Position numbers and translations under genes: made by a program. A stretch of DNA of 64,000 nucleotides from a virus: positions 96,001 through 160,000 of IMG/VR virus record IMGVR_UViG_3300049489_001303; one strand, written 5' to 3'. This document shows positions 45,801 to 54,557 of this stretch, piece after piece. How positions within the stretch are numbered: the first letter of the stretch is position 1; every line of letters starts with the position of its first letter. The notes beneath the pieces are model-generated. The model did not search any database. It was not told the DNA's origin and saw nothing but the letters and a program-made list of their open reading frames with translations.

Positions 45801-46064
45801 GTCTTTCGTAGCAAGGCCCTCATCCACAGTGTAGCGCACCAGATAACCGCCGGTGGTGTCCAGCGTCAGGGTGGCCGTCTGGGTCGTTGCATTGGTGAGT
45901 ACCGAGGTGCACCCGATCGGCTCGCTTATAATCTCCCAAAGGTAGTTCGTCGCGGCGTACTGGCCTGAAAGTGTGATGGGGAGCGTGACCTGCAGATCTT
46001 TACGGGCTACGCCCCAGTCTCCAACGACGCCATCCTGTGTGATTCTGTATGTTGCTAGGGTCAT
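42819..46064 (-). CDS. Fibre/adhesin-like protein with an N-terminal PKD-like domain and a long beta-solenoid
   Basis: YLWEIISEPIG..ATLTLDTTGGYLVRYTV, followed by roughly 30 repeats of N-phi-phi-x-G-x-x-(N/H). Confidence 0.8.
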   Translation of the reverse strand: MTLATYRITQDGVVGDWGVARKDLQVTLPITLSGQYAATNYLWEIISEPIGCTSVLTNATTQTATLTLDTTGGYLVRYTVDEGLATKDIQVLYLGIPLANSNLSIPAFNETYFDNSEPGQDPGYWYKVDAMLRWVDTWPARLLGVYDFTCRIAVDDWTSIPAGTLVGDVFTATADGSLNDEALDGITDLVEDQNILIIGASGDHAGIWQIGDLGSATTPFVLNRVLVLAGAQLGATTYVMNGNVYGGTFWRTSTVNPLTIDAVEWVPAVGLRTYGNNLSNLVSISTHPFYYNSLDYYSNNTIVAGGKNVIGAVDHTAVFGYNTTLGTGASFTLVAGEGHTVEAITTHNLISGQGNTIGAGTLFSVIGGQSNTVKGSEFSVVLGSDNAMGTSAGRCNHTVLMGSSHEVGDDCRANLVAGSGNTLAAYSNYNAILGQSNAAGWGTGNLIAGYSHTVVASGGPSVGNFIAGQGHTAASGISYASITGLSHVIGAGCNFSSISGVVHTLGVSCSFNVLGGQEHKLGPNSPYNALFGSSHDFSAQQSLNNLIVGHQHTGASVSGGMTHNLVSGASHVFNVGGVTHNGVIGEAHSVTGASDSFTHNLLAGKSHSITAGGAAYSFLTGEGHTISAGGCTHNSLLGRNCALSGTAVYNLISGRDNSIVGGGSSYNVLLGYALSLNASITYTLLQGQTHTFTVNAGGSSHNVLLGARHTIGFQSQYCLVSGSDHQLLGSHPHSYITVFGKSHTFTTGQSDYTLVFGESNTLPQGNSYCLIGGKSNTLASGATYNVILGSTNTNTAATYATTKSLIVGDNNVTSGNWHVVLGDGNVVTHTGVGVAGLNAYNTLRGASNSSTGNSTYCTAFGFTNQMLLASSDTFIAGRYNTANATAGSTILGSKNLITSGTKGIFMTGVLGYAKGRGYMHINSGGHPTRASAAMVGSDAWLYSGGGQNLGMIPHSGATPTTASYQKILYMDGADNSIELTLQTYHAYVLRTLVIATNPDGARAKSWEVTTTVTNGAIVGTPKYEILDSTSSGTEADWDIVVSMVGSLFRITATGSSAEIVTWQCYTYGPEITSNGHEVAPT

Positions 46065-46088
46065 TTGTATTCTTCCTTTAAGCTTTGC

Positions 46089-47096
46089 TTAAAATAAAGG
46101 CTCTGCCGTTAAATCCCGCTGGCCCCTATCGGCAATCTCATAAATCGTGGGCTCCCTTACAATATCCGCAAGTGCGGCGACACCTGTGCCTGTAGACCCT
46201 GTATCCTGGGACGCCGTAGTGCTTTCGGCCTGTATCTGAGCCCACGACTTAAGACCCTGTGTCGTTGGCAATGGGCTATTCGCCGTAGCTGCCCCCTCTG
46301 GCGTACCAGACTCCGTACCCGCGATAGTCAATACCGCCGCCGAGTCAGCTGGATCCGCCGGAGCATTGGCATTCGGGATGGCTGCTCCCAACTTGGCAGA
46401 CTTCGTGGGGGGTGTAAGGCCACCGAGAGTTATTCGAATCTCCTTCACAAGGAGTGAGAAGCTGAAGCTGCAGGCCATCGGCATCTCCGCGGTGGTTGCC
46501 CATGAGAAGTTGGACATGGCACCGGTAACCATCAACGAGTCATAGGTGAGCCGTATGGTTTTTTTGTGACGTGCCAACTGAGATCCGCGGGCGAGGTCCC
46601 GGTAGGTACGGAACATGCTCATGGCCCAATCATCCTGAAACGTATTGAGGAGGGTTCCCGTGTATTGGAAGATGGGGGGCGCCTGGCCGAAGAAATAGGC
46701 CACATAGTTGTCCGACAGGGTCTCGTGGATCTGCATGTTCTCAGAGAATCCCTGCTGGGCCACGTGCAAAAGAAAATCCACGTATCCATATCCGCCAGTC
46801 CCCGAGCCGTCGCCAGCCAGCACCGCCAGAATATCCTTAGTCTCCTGCTCCTCGAATCCAGCAACAAACTTGGCATACTCCGCGGCGTTAACATGCATGT
46901 ACAGGCGTGCCGTCGTGTCCGTGTAGTCGGAATTACGCAGAGCGTGCTTCAGATGCTTGGGTGTCATCATCGGGAACGAAGAATATACACCCTGGGCTCG
47001 AGGATCGATAGCGGGAGACCCGTTAGTTCCCCGCACCGCCGCCGAAGATACTGTCGGGCTGCTGTTGCTTATCGGTACTGTGGTGGTCCCTGCCAT
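46089..47096 (-). CDS. Putative tail tube-initiator/baseplate protein
   Basis: 335 aa, two genes downstream of the tape measure. The call rests on position and a beta-rich core (YFFGQAPPIFQYTGTLLN). Confidence 0.5.
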   Translation of the reverse strand: MAGTTTVPISNSSPTVSSAAVRGTNGSPAIDPRAQGVYSSFPMMTPKHLKHALRNSDYTDTTARLYMHVNAAEYAKFVAGFEEQETKDILAVLAGDGSGTGGYGYVDFLLHVAQQGFSENMQIHETLSDNYVAYFFGQAPPIFQYTGTLLNTFQDDWAMSMFRTYRDLARGSQLARHKKTIRLTYDSLMVTGAMSNFSWATTAEMPMACSFSFSLLVKEIRITLGGLTPPTKSAKLGAAIPNANAPADPADSAAVLTIAGTESGTPEGAATANSPLPTTQGLKSWAQIQAESTTASQDTGSTGTGVAALADIVREPTIYEIADRGQRDLTAEPLF

Positions 47097-47101
47097 TATG
47101 A

Positions 47102-47320
47102 TCAGCCCTTGGTAATATTCAGTTCAGTGTCTGATGGATACACCATCATGGGCATGATACCGATCTCGTTAACCAACATATTTGCCCGTGTAACCAGTGG
47201 AGGCAGATACACCTCCGTGTCAAACCCTTTACGTACATTATAAAGGATGTTGCCGGTAACCGCCCGCAGAAAGTCGTCGGGCTGGGGGAGGATGTACTGT
47301 AATTCGCTTTCGGTTTTCAT
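47102..47320 (-). CDS. Hypothetical protein
   Basis: 72 aa with a TGATG overlap on the tape measure stop. Confidence 0.6.
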   Translation of the reverse strand: MKTESELQYILPQPDDFLRAVTGNILYNVRKGFDTEVYLPPLVTRANMLVNEIGIMPMMVYPSDTELNITKG

Positions 47321-50300
47321 CAGTGGCCAAGCTCCTCTGTGATTAACTGTTTCAGATCCTTCACTGCTGTGCCGAAAGAATCAACGGCATTACTGAATAC
47401 CTTTTCCGGGAGGTTGGCTGCAAGGTTAGCAAAAGCGGTGTCGTCACGTTTAACCCGCTTCGCCGCCGCGCCGGTGGCGGGAGCGGTCTCTGTGTCCTGG
47501 CGCATCTGGGAGGTGAGACGCTCTGTAGTATACCGGCCGAGAAGAGCAGCCGCCTCTTCAGCTTTGGGGCCCTCACCGTGAATATCGATCGCAGCTTGAC
47601 GGTACTTTTCTTCCTTGTCCCCGAACTTACTGGGGTCGTACTTCTCGAGAATTTCCCTGAAACTAGTATACGCCTCTGGATTCCTCAAGGCCCCTACCTT
47701 CATTTTTGAGGATAGCTGCTGCATACCGGCCTGGCTGAAAATGGCAGTGGTCAATTTATTTGACAGGGCTAAATCCTGCAGCTGCCCATAGGCTGCGGGA
47801 GTTTTTGCCAACTCCCCTAAGCCTTCCCTCAAGTCATCGTCGGACAGAACCCCCTTAAAGCTTCCGGTCTGAGCCTTTCTAATGGCCTCGGCAAAGTCAT
47901 CTATAGTCCCCTTCCCACCTGCACCAGTCCAAGCCTTGTACAGCGCGGGAGTTGCGCCCTCAGCGATACCCATGATCTCTACTTGGGTTTTTCCACCCAC
48001 AGGATTATCCCCGATAAAGCCCATCAACCGTTCCCCGACATCGTCACGCCATATGCCGGTGCTTATTCCGGCATCGGATTGCAACTTAGCCATCTTTGCC
48101 TTGTTACTTTTCAGAACTCTATCAACGGCTTCCTTCTGCTTCTCCTCAAAATCTCCGGCAGCATCCGACATACCTGCAGCCAGGGCTCTTTTCGCTCCGG
48201 GCCTTTGAGAAGCCTCTAACAGAAGAAGCTTCATGATCTCAGCTTTCTCCTCATCCGTTTTGTTTGCATATCCCGGTATGGACTTGGCGGCTTTATCCAG
48301 TTCCTCTTTAACTTGGGGTGATTCCAGGTTCCACGCTTCTCCCGAAGTAAGGCTGGACCACAAAGACCCGCCACGGCTCTCTAATTTTTTTGCAACACTT
48401 ACTGCTGCTACTTGCAAAGCGGCCCCAGAAACATTCAAGCGCTTAGCTGCCTTTCCAGTATCACTCGGGTCCATGCCACTCATGCTGTTGGCCAATTCAT
48501 TAATAAACGTATCCGGATCTGTGGATAAAGTCCCAGCCGTGTTGGCCCCCTTACCCGATCCAATACGTGTACGGGTGCCTGCGGCACTACCCGCGTAGCG
48601 CCTCGTGCTCTCTGTATTGATCGAGTCGTTGTAACTGCGTCGGCGCCGGACCATACCACTCTCCGGCCCGCCGATAAGCGGGAAGTCCGCCAGGAAGTTG
48701 CCGATGTTGTCAATCCCACGACCCATGGCGTTGGATGGGTACTCGATGGCTTTGCTCAGTGCTCCGCCGATACCGCCAGTGAAGCTGGCAGGCAGGAGGG
48801 GTCTGTTGCCCATGGCGCTGCGCTGCATCCCCGCCAGATCCTGCATCTGATCGAAGCTGCTGCGCTGGAGCTGACCGAGACCTCCGGACTTCATCATATG
48901 GATCATTTGCTCGCCCTGGTCTCTCCCGAACATAATCTGAGCACCAGTGGCAAAGCCTTCGATGCCACCCATGCCGAGCTGCTTCCCGGTGTTGAGAGCC
49001 ATCATGTAGCGCTCGGCCATAAGCTCTCCGGGGGTCTTCTTCGATGTTGCGCTGTCGGCGACCTCACGGCCCTGGAGCTGGAACATGGCCAGAGCTCCAA
49101 TACCGCCCTTCGCCACGCCGGCGCTCAGGTTGCGATAGGCATCCGTGACCATGCCCTGCGCTCCACCCGCAGCCATGTAATCCGATGCGCCATCAGCCGC
49201 CGCTGTCCAACCCTTGGCACCGAACCTACCACTCTTCGCGGCGTAAAGGGGCATACTGGAGAACGCCGCTTGTGCCTGAATGTCCCGTTGGGTCATACCC
49301 GACACTCCACCCAGTAGAGCCAGCTGCTGTGCGGACATATTGCCGCCCGCAACCATCTGGCGGGTCATTCCCGCGGCGAAGTTACCATACTGGAATCCGG
49401 CACCAGCCGTAAGACCGGCTCCCTGAAAAGTAGCTGCGCCGGGAAGTCCGCCGATTTCTTTGAGACCTTGGATGGAAGTCCCGGCCTGACGTGAATATGC
49501 TCTCATCCCCTGCGCTGCCTGGGACATCTGCGCCTGAGTCATACCCATCTGCTGCATCTGTCCCATCTGCTGGATCACGCTGGTGAGGCTCGGGTCGTTG
49601 GTGAGCTGCATGAACTCTTTGATAGTGTTGGCAGTCTCCCGGAGCTTGTTCTTGATATCGGGAACAGACTGCGCCATGTCAAACAGACCGGCCTGGCCGC
49701 CCTGCTTGAGGATATTCATCATGTCCGCTTTGTTCATTCCGGACGTATTACTCGAGTCCGCCGCCATATCCCGGATGCCACTTGCCAGTTCACGGGAAGC
49801 CTCTCGAGTCAGGCCGCGGCCTGTGGGGCTGAGTCCTGCACCGGAAGTCACGAAGCCACGGGTGGCATTCTGGATGTCGGCGCCCATGCGGATCGTCTCC
49901 ATGGGGATGCCTGTAACCATATCCGCCATTCCACCGACGGCTGAGGGGATTCCCGCCAGCCCGGCGCCCAACATGCCAACGCCGGCACCGATCGCACGGC
50001 CCCAGGGCCCGAAGGCGCCACCGAGCTTAGCCCCGGCCATAGCTGCGGCACCAAAGCCGATACCCTGACCCATCACCCCGGGAATCTTAGACGCCGCGGC
50101 GTAAGCGTTCATGGAAGACATGTCCCCGAACGTCTGCTGCTGCTCGGCGGGGGACTGGAACATCGGCTGGGGCAGACTGTAGCCCAGACCGATGGGGGAC
50201 AACATACGATTTGAGAAAGAAGGGATCCCCATGGGCGGTAAAGCCCCGAAGCCGGGGGATGGCGCCCTCGGACGGAAAACTCCCGTCTCAGACGGCGTCA

Positions 50301-50640
50301 TCATCAGGGGCGAAGGCAGCATGCTCTCCGAAGGCACTCCGAAGGGATTACGTGCTAGATCCTGAGACGTGTAGTTGGGATTTCGAGCCATGTAGAGCGC
50401 CTGCGCCACTTGCGGGGACATATTCTGCGTTGCTTTGATAGCCTCGTAGTTGGCCTGAAACTGCCGCGACACGCCCTGCACGGCCGTGCTGATGTTCACC
50501 TGTGCCTGTTGCAAACGCAAAGATGCGTCTTGCATGAGGCGCAGGGACGTTTCGGCTGGAGAAGGCGTCATCGGTGACTGAGAACTCGCTCCGCCACCGC
50601 CCAGACCCATCCCGGACTGCATCATGTTGAGGTCTGCCAC
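47320..50640 (-). CDS. Tape measure protein
   Basis: 1106 aa, Ala/Gly/Met/Gln-rich helical sequence with a glycine-zipper segment, immediately downstream of the chaperone frameshift pair. Confidence 0.8.
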   Translation of the reverse strand: MADLNMMQSGMGLGGGGASSQSPMTPSPAETSLRLMQDASLRLQQAQVNISTAVQGVSRQFQANYEAIKATQNMSPQVAQALYMARNPNYTSQDLARNPFGVPSESMLPSPLMMTPSETGVFRPRAPSPGFGALPPMGIPSFSNRMLSPIGLGYSLPQPMFQSPAEQQQTFGDMSSMNAYAAASKIPGVMGQGIGFGAAAMAGAKLGGAFGPWGRAIGAGVGMLGAGLAGIPSAVGGMADMVTGIPMETIRMGADIQNATRGFVTSGAGLSPTGRGLTREASRELASGIRDMAADSSNTSGMNKADMMNILKQGGQAGLFDMAQSVPDIKNKLRETANTIKEFMQLTNDPSLTSVIQQMGQMQQMGMTQAQMSQAAQGMRAYSRQAGTSIQGLKEIGGLPGAATFQGAGLTAGAGFQYGNFAAGMTRQMVAGGNMSAQQLALLGGVSGMTQRDIQAQAAFSSMPLYAAKSGRFGAKGWTAAADGASDYMAAGGAQGMVTDAYRNLSAGVAKGGIGALAMFQLQGREVADSATSKKTPGELMAERYMMALNTGKQLGMGGIEGFATGAQIMFGRDQGEQMIHMMKSGGLGQLQRSSFDQMQDLAGMQRSAMGNRPLLPASFTGGIGGALSKAIEYPSNAMGRGIDNIGNFLADFPLIGGPESGMVRRRRSYNDSINTESTRRYAGSAAGTRTRIGSGKGANTAGTLSTDPDTFINELANSMSGMDPSDTGKAAKRLNVSGAALQVAAVSVAKKLESRGGSLWSSLTSGEAWNLESPQVKEELDKAAKSIPGYANKTDEEKAEIMKLLLLEASQRPGAKRALAAGMSDAAGDFEEKQKEAVDRVLKSNKAKMAKLQSDAGISTGIWRDDVGERLMGFIGDNPVGGKTQVEIMGIAEGATPALYKAWTGAGGKGTIDDFAEAIRKAQTGSFKGVLSDDDLREGLGELAKTPAAYGQLQDLALSNKLTTAIFSQAGMQQLSSKMKVGALRNPEAYTSFREILEKYDPSKFGDKEEKYRQAAIDIHGEGPKAEEAAALLGRYTTERLTSQMRQDTETAPATGAAAKRVKRDDTAFANLAANLPEKVFSNAVDSFGTAVKDLKQLITEELGH

Positions 50641-50643
50641 GTT

Positions 50644-50991
50644 TTATCCCTTGACTGTCAATGCCGCCACCTTGTCCATCAGGCGTTTTTGTTCATCTTC
50701 GGCACTCTGCTTAGCCTGCTGGACCAGTTCCTCAACAGGCGTGTATCTATAATTATAGCGAAATTGGTAGACCTCTTCAGCATAACTGGCCACCAATCGA
50801 GATACTTCACCCCTGGACAGGCCTGATATAGGCTCTAAAAGAGCTGCGAAAAGCCGAGCGAAGGCCACCTTCTCCTGCTTCTCACGCTGCAGACCCTCTG
50901 CCAGGATGTTGAATTTGAAAGAACCCATCGGCGGCAGAGGGATACCCTTCAAATAACAGTGGATCCGCGCCTGCCCTACCGCCGAATTTAA
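50644..50991 (-). CDS. Tail assembly chaperone extension (gpT-like), expressed by -1 frameshift
   Basis: The -1 frame is open from the slippery site to 50644 (LNSAVGQARIHCYLKGIPLPP...). No clear RBS precedes the TTG at 50952. Confidence 0.75.
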   Translation of the reverse strand, partial: LNSAVGQARIHCYLKGIPLPPMGSFKFNILAEGLQREKQEKVAFARLFAALLEPISGLSRGEVSRLVASYAEEVYQFRYNYRYTPVEELVQQAKQSAEDEQKRLMDKVAALTVKG

Positions 50992-51647
50992 AAATCCGAG
51001 GGCGCTCCTTCAGAAAACACAGCGTAAACTTTGCTGTCAAACTTGGCCACGCAATCCATCAACCGCGCTGCGACTGGGGTGGGCAGGCTCATCACAAACT
51101 CCAGGCGTGCGTGGAACGCCCGCTCTATTTCCTCTTTGCGGGCATCGTATGTCATATTTTCTGTGAGGGCCGGTTGCACCATCTTCTGTCCCCGGTATTC
51201 CACCAGGGACGCCGCCAGGTTACACCGCGACAGGATATCGTTGTAATGTGTCGGGCTGGTGGGGTTCTCCGCCTCCACGATCCTGAGCATCCGCTGGGTA
51301 TCCGTGTAGGTGCGTGTGCGCACAATAGCGGTAACACCCCTGCCAAGCTCTACTGTCTCTTCGTACATGTCGTTGAACAGCACCTTGTCCAACATGATCC
51401 GGGCCTCTTCCTGAGTAACCTCTACAGCTTTAAGCCCCTCCAGATACAGCTTCGCACGCTCCTCGGCGGTGGTGGGGATCTTTTTTTCAGCCTCTTTGGC
51501 CGCTTCCCCTGCCGACTTTTCAGCTTCCGGTTTCGGCTCTGGTTGTGGCTGGGGTTTAGCCTGCAGCGTAGCCGGCGCCTGGTGTCGAAGCTTATTTCCT
51601 TCTGCGGACTCAAATTTGCCAATGATGTTGTGCTGCGAATCGGTCAT
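50988..51647 (-). CDS. Tail assembly chaperone (gpG-like)
   Basis: AGGAGG RBS before ATG 51647 (MTDSQH); ends G GAT TTT TAA; lies upstream of the tape measure gene. Confidence 0.78.
   Translation of the reverse strand: MTDSQHNIIGKFESAEGNKLRHQAPATLQAKPQPQPEPKPEAEKSAGEAAKEAEKKIPTTAEERAKLYLEGLKAVEVTQEEARIMLDKVLFNDMYEETVELGRGVTAIVRTRTYTDTQRMLRIVEAENPTSPTHYNDILSRCNLAASLVEYRGQKMVQPALTENMTYDARKEEIERAFHARLEFVMSLPTPVAARLMDCVAKFDSKVYAVFSEGAPSDF
50991..50997 (-). promoter_or_regulatory. Programmed -1 ribosomal frameshift slippery site G-GAT-TTT
   Basis: The heptamer is in frame immediately before the chaperone stop codon, and the downstream ORF is in the -1 frame. Confidence 0.75.
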
Positions 51648-51752
51648 GGTGGGAGGCCTCCTGTATGTTGATGTCTCACAACATATCAAGGAAACCGGGT
51701 AAAAGCAACAACTGGTTGACATGGGGTTTGGTGTCCTGTAGGATTTGACCCA

Positions 51753-52127
51753 ATGCACTATATCATCGGAATAGCCCTTGCGGAGCAGACTGACGAGCAG
51801 GTATTGGTTTCTGCCGTGACCTGTTTCAAGGAAACTCCCCGACGATTCGGGCATGGGCGCCTGTCAGCAAACACTGTAAAGAGGGAAGCCATATGCTGGG
51901 TATCCATGATAGCCCCCAACTACGTGAGGGGTATATCCGCGGCGTATCATCGATCCATCGAAAAGATCCTGCTGCGCAATGACTTCAGGATACCTCCCTC
52001 CGGTCTGGATGCGACAGCCCTGATCTTACGGCCGTACGCCAGCAACAAACTGCAGGTTCCCCACAAACTACAGAGTGCCCATTGGACTATCACCGCAGCG
52101 GAAGAGCTGCTACTGGAGGTGCTATGA
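51753..52127 (+). CDS. Hypothetical protein
   Basis: First gene of the divergent plus-strand block; ATGA overlap with the next gene; start uncertain. Confidence 0.55.
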   Translation: MHYIIGIALAEQTDEQVLVSAVTCFKETPRRFGHGRLSANTVKREAICWVSMIAPNYVRGISAAYHRSIEKILLRNDFRIPPSGLDATALILRPYASNKLQVPHKLQSAHWTITAAEELLLEVL

Positions 52128-52357
52128 AAGGTCTATTCAACCCCGACGACAGCCGTCCCCGTGTAGACAATAACGTTTGCGGTAAGTGCCGGCGCAAATT
52201 CGAACGCGGGCATCGGGTGACCACCGCCTACATCTTCGATAGCTCCGGGCTTAACCCCAGAGACTTCAGGTCGCAAGGTGTCTACCTTGAAAAGGAATTC
52301 GAGCTGGTTCATATTGACTGTAAAGATCCTACCCTTACCAAGGGTCTTGTGAGTTAG
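52124..52357 (+). CDS. Small Zn-finger-like protein
   Basis: GGAGGT RBS; CGKC...HIDC. Confidence 0.68.
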   Translation: MKGLFNPDDSRPRVDNNVCGKCRRKFERGHRVTTAYIFDSSGLNPRDFRSQGVYLEKEFELVHIDCKDPTLTKGLVS

Positions 52358-52359
52358 CC

Positions 52360-52806
52360 ATGTCTGGAATATTCAACCCCTTCGAGAAGCCCAAAGAGAA
52401 GCTTCCCACCTATGATCAGGCTCAGGAAAAGCTTGAAAAGGAGCGGGAGGCTCTTCAAGAGGAGCTGTGTGATGCGGCGCTGGATGGTGGGGGATTCGTG
52501 CTCAAGATCCTTCAGGTAAGGCCTGAAGACATCTATGAAAGGCTCGGGAGACTGATAAAGGACGTAGTTAAGGTGCCTGAACTGAAGGCGGAGCTGGAGC
52601 GCTACGGAGTAACGCTTACCAACGACAAAATAGCTGAGGCCTGCGTCTCTTCCCTGAAAACAAGCTCCGGCTACCTGGGTGTTAACCTGGGGGACAAAGC
52701 ACATTCTGAAACCGCAGTATACAACCGACTGGCTCGGGCACTGTATAATGTACCCATAAAGAAAACCCTGACGGATCACAATGCCGTCATTATCAAGAGA
52801 GGATGA
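52360..52806 (+). CDS. Hypothetical protein
   Basis: 148-aa ORF, tightly packed. Confidence 0.7.
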   Translation: MSGIFNPFEKPKEKLPTYDQAQEKLEKEREALQEELCDAALDGGGFVLKILQVRPEDIYERLGRLIKDVVKVPELKAELERYGVTLTNDKIAEACVSSLKTSSGYLGVNLGDKAHSETAVYNRLARALYNVPIKKTLTDHNAVIIKRG

Positions 52807-52816
52807 GTTAAACTGA

Positions 52817-53071
52817 ATGCCTACGTATCCCTGCAGTAAATGCGCGAAATTCTACGCTCTGCGTAAACCCAAAAGAGATGGTAGTGGCTTCCTTGAACTG
52901 AAGCATGGCTACTGTCTGGCCCGGACGGTGTTCGCCAAGAACCGGCCCGGCGATGAGGTTCTCCCGATCGGAGCTAAGAGCGCAGATCTGCCCAACGGAC
53001 AACACAATGTGGTGCTGGTGCGTGTGGACAGCCTGGAGCTGGGCTGCAATGACGCCGTGCCACGAAAATAG
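52817..53071 (+). CDS. Small Cys-containing protein
   Basis: CSKC..GYC..GC pattern. Confidence 0.65.
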   Translation: MPTYPCSKCAKFYALRKPKRDGSGFLELKHGYCLARTVFAKNRPGDEVLPIGAKSADLPNGQHNVVLVRVDSLELGCNDAVPRK

Positions 53072-53080
53072 GAGGCTCAT

Positions 53081-53392
53081 ATGGAAGAGATGAAGAAGGG
53101 GGAAATGATCCCCGGACAGACTGCCAACAAGGATAAACAGGCACAAGTCATGGCTACAGCCTCAGAGGCGGCACACTGGGAACGTGTCGGTAAAGCATCG
53201 GAGGCTATCAATAAATATGCTATGTTGCATATGAAAGACTATCATTTGACCCATGAGGAGATGGCACAGGCCATTTACCTTGAGGTCATCAACTGGAAAG
53301 AATTCTGGCCGACTGATCTTGGCGGCCCCGCTCAGTTCGATGCCCTGAGCAAAGATGTCTGGGACTGGTTCCAGGCAAATAAAAACAAATAG
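53081..53392 (+). CDS. Hypothetical protein
   Basis: AGGAGG RBS, 103 aa. Confidence 0.72.
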   Translation: MEEMKKGEMIPGQTANKDKQAQVMATASEAAHWERVGKASEAINKYAMLHMKDYHLTHEEMAQAIYLEVINWKEFWPTDLGGPAQFDALSKDVWDWFQANKNK

Positions 53393-53425
53393 TTCATAGT
53401 TTGAAAATCACAGAAGGAGTCGGAC

Positions 53426-53998
53426 ATGAAACGTATATATTACGTACTGGTAGCCCTTATTCTCACTTTGCCCACGCTGGCGGGTGAACCCGCACCTGTT
53501 CGGGTGGCCATGCTGGAAGCCATTGAGACTGAGACAGTTGAAGCCGAAGCAATGCGGATGGAAGACAAACTCGACAGCGCAATCCTCTACTACCTGGCGG
53601 GTTCAAAGAGACATCCAATGGCCAAGTGGGACAATCGTGAGGCCCTTATCAAGGATCTGATCGTCGCGGGGAATGAATATGGCGTCTCTCCCTACCTGCT
53701 GCTTACCACGGCTTTCTATGAGAGTAGCCTCCTGATTTCGGCTGTCGGCACGAGGGGGGAGATCGGACTTACTCAGGTCCACGGGGATGCCAAGAAAGAG
53801 TGTGAGCTTGACACACAACTTGGCCAGTTAATGTGTGGTGCCCGGTGGCTGAAGAAGGCTCATGATGTTTGTGGATACTGGCCGGGAGCGCTTACAATGT
53901 ACGCCACGGGTGAGTGTCGTTCCAAATCGGAACGTGTGGTTCGGCTGGTTCACTTCCGTATGGAGAAGTGGCAGTACGTCGAAAACCTGACTAACTGA
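53426..53998 (+). CDS. SLT-family lytic transglycosylase with an N-terminal signal peptide (endolysin candidate)
   Basis: MKRIYYVLVALILTLPTLA leader; YGVSPYLL..AFYESS..AVGTRGEIGLTQV..GARWL..ALTMY. Confidence 0.85.
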   Translation: MKRIYYVLVALILTLPTLAGEPAPVRVAMLEAIETETVEAEAMRMEDKLDSAILYYLAGSKRHPMAKWDNREALIKDLIVAGNEYGVSPYLLLTTAFYESSLLISAVGTRGEIGLTQVHGDAKKECELDTQLGQLMCGARWLKKAHDVCGYWPGALTMYATGECRSKSERVVRLVHFRMEKWQYVENLTN

Positions 53999-53999
53999 G

Positions 54000-54014
54000 G
54001 GTATAAAGACTTAG
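54000..54014 (+). promoter_or_regulatory. GGTATAA-type promoter-like motif
   Basis: GGTATAAAGACTTAG; related motifs at 58941 and 62644 precede plus-strand operons. Confidence 0.5.
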
Positions 54015-54184
54015 CAACACGTCGGCTTCTTTACAGGGAAGCAGGGGTACAGAAACTGTACCCACTATGCCCTGCCCCTTCGAAGACTCGGGGCCAAAGG
54101 AAAAAAGAGGACTGCGGACTTTCTCCAGGTACACACAAAGGTGTTGCAGAGGATGGTTGAAATATACCATCCTCTTTTTTTTTT
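54014..54184 (+). ncRNA. Candidate structured small RNA or attenuator leader
   Basis: GCAACAC (54014-20) pairs with GTGTTGC (54141-47). There is an internal GGGTACAG/CTGTACCC hairpin, and the segment ends in an intrinsic terminator. Confidence 0.4.
54148..54184 (+). terminator. Rho-independent terminator
   Basis: AGAGGATGGT / ACCATCCTCT 10-bp stem followed by a T run. Confidence 0.82.
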
Positions 54185-54188
54185 GGCC

Positions 54189-54217
54189 TTTACACTGCAA
54201 ACAACCCCTGCTATCAT
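54189..54217 (+). promoter_or_regulatory. Sigma70-type promoter
   Basis: TTTACA-17 nt-TATCAT with a TGn extended -10, 40 nt upstream of ATG 54258. Confidence 0.65.
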
Positions 54218-54257
54218 CCACCCATAGGTTAAACGCGAATGGCCGGGGAGGTTGGGA

Positions 54258-54557
54258 ATGACTGTGGACATTTATAAAGAGGGTGAAGAGAATGTGATCG
54301 CTGAGATTGCCATGCACACGGGGAACCTACTTATTGTAGACGACGTAGCATTGGCGGGGCTTCCAGCAGGAACTAACTTCGTGAGCCTGCATGTGGGTTC
54401 AGTGCAGCCCCAATGGGTTCCCGTGATCGCTACGCGGCAGGGGGGAAAAAGATACATTCTGATCTCCATCGACGACGCCATGGACATGCCCACGCAACTG
54501 ACTGAAATAGTCCCTATTGAAACCCCGGAAACAAACGAAGATGCAACCGATAAATAA
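54258..54557 (+). CDS. Hypothetical protein
   Basis: GGAGGT RBS before ATG 54258. Confidence 0.68.
   Translation: MTVDIYKEGEENVIAEIAMHTGNLLIVDDVALAGLPAGTNFVSLHVGSVQPQWVPVIATRQGGKRYILISIDDAMDMPTQLTEIVPIETPETNEDATDK

Noticed and set aside
51648-51854. N-terminal extension of the tail chaperone shown in the ORF track
   Set aside because: A strong AGGAGG RBS precedes ATG 51647, and the extension would overlap the divergent plus-strand gene.
54067-54261. 64-aa ORF in the intergenic gap
   Set aside because: It has no clear RBS, runs through a terminator and a promoter, and has no protein-like features; RNA structure explains the region better.
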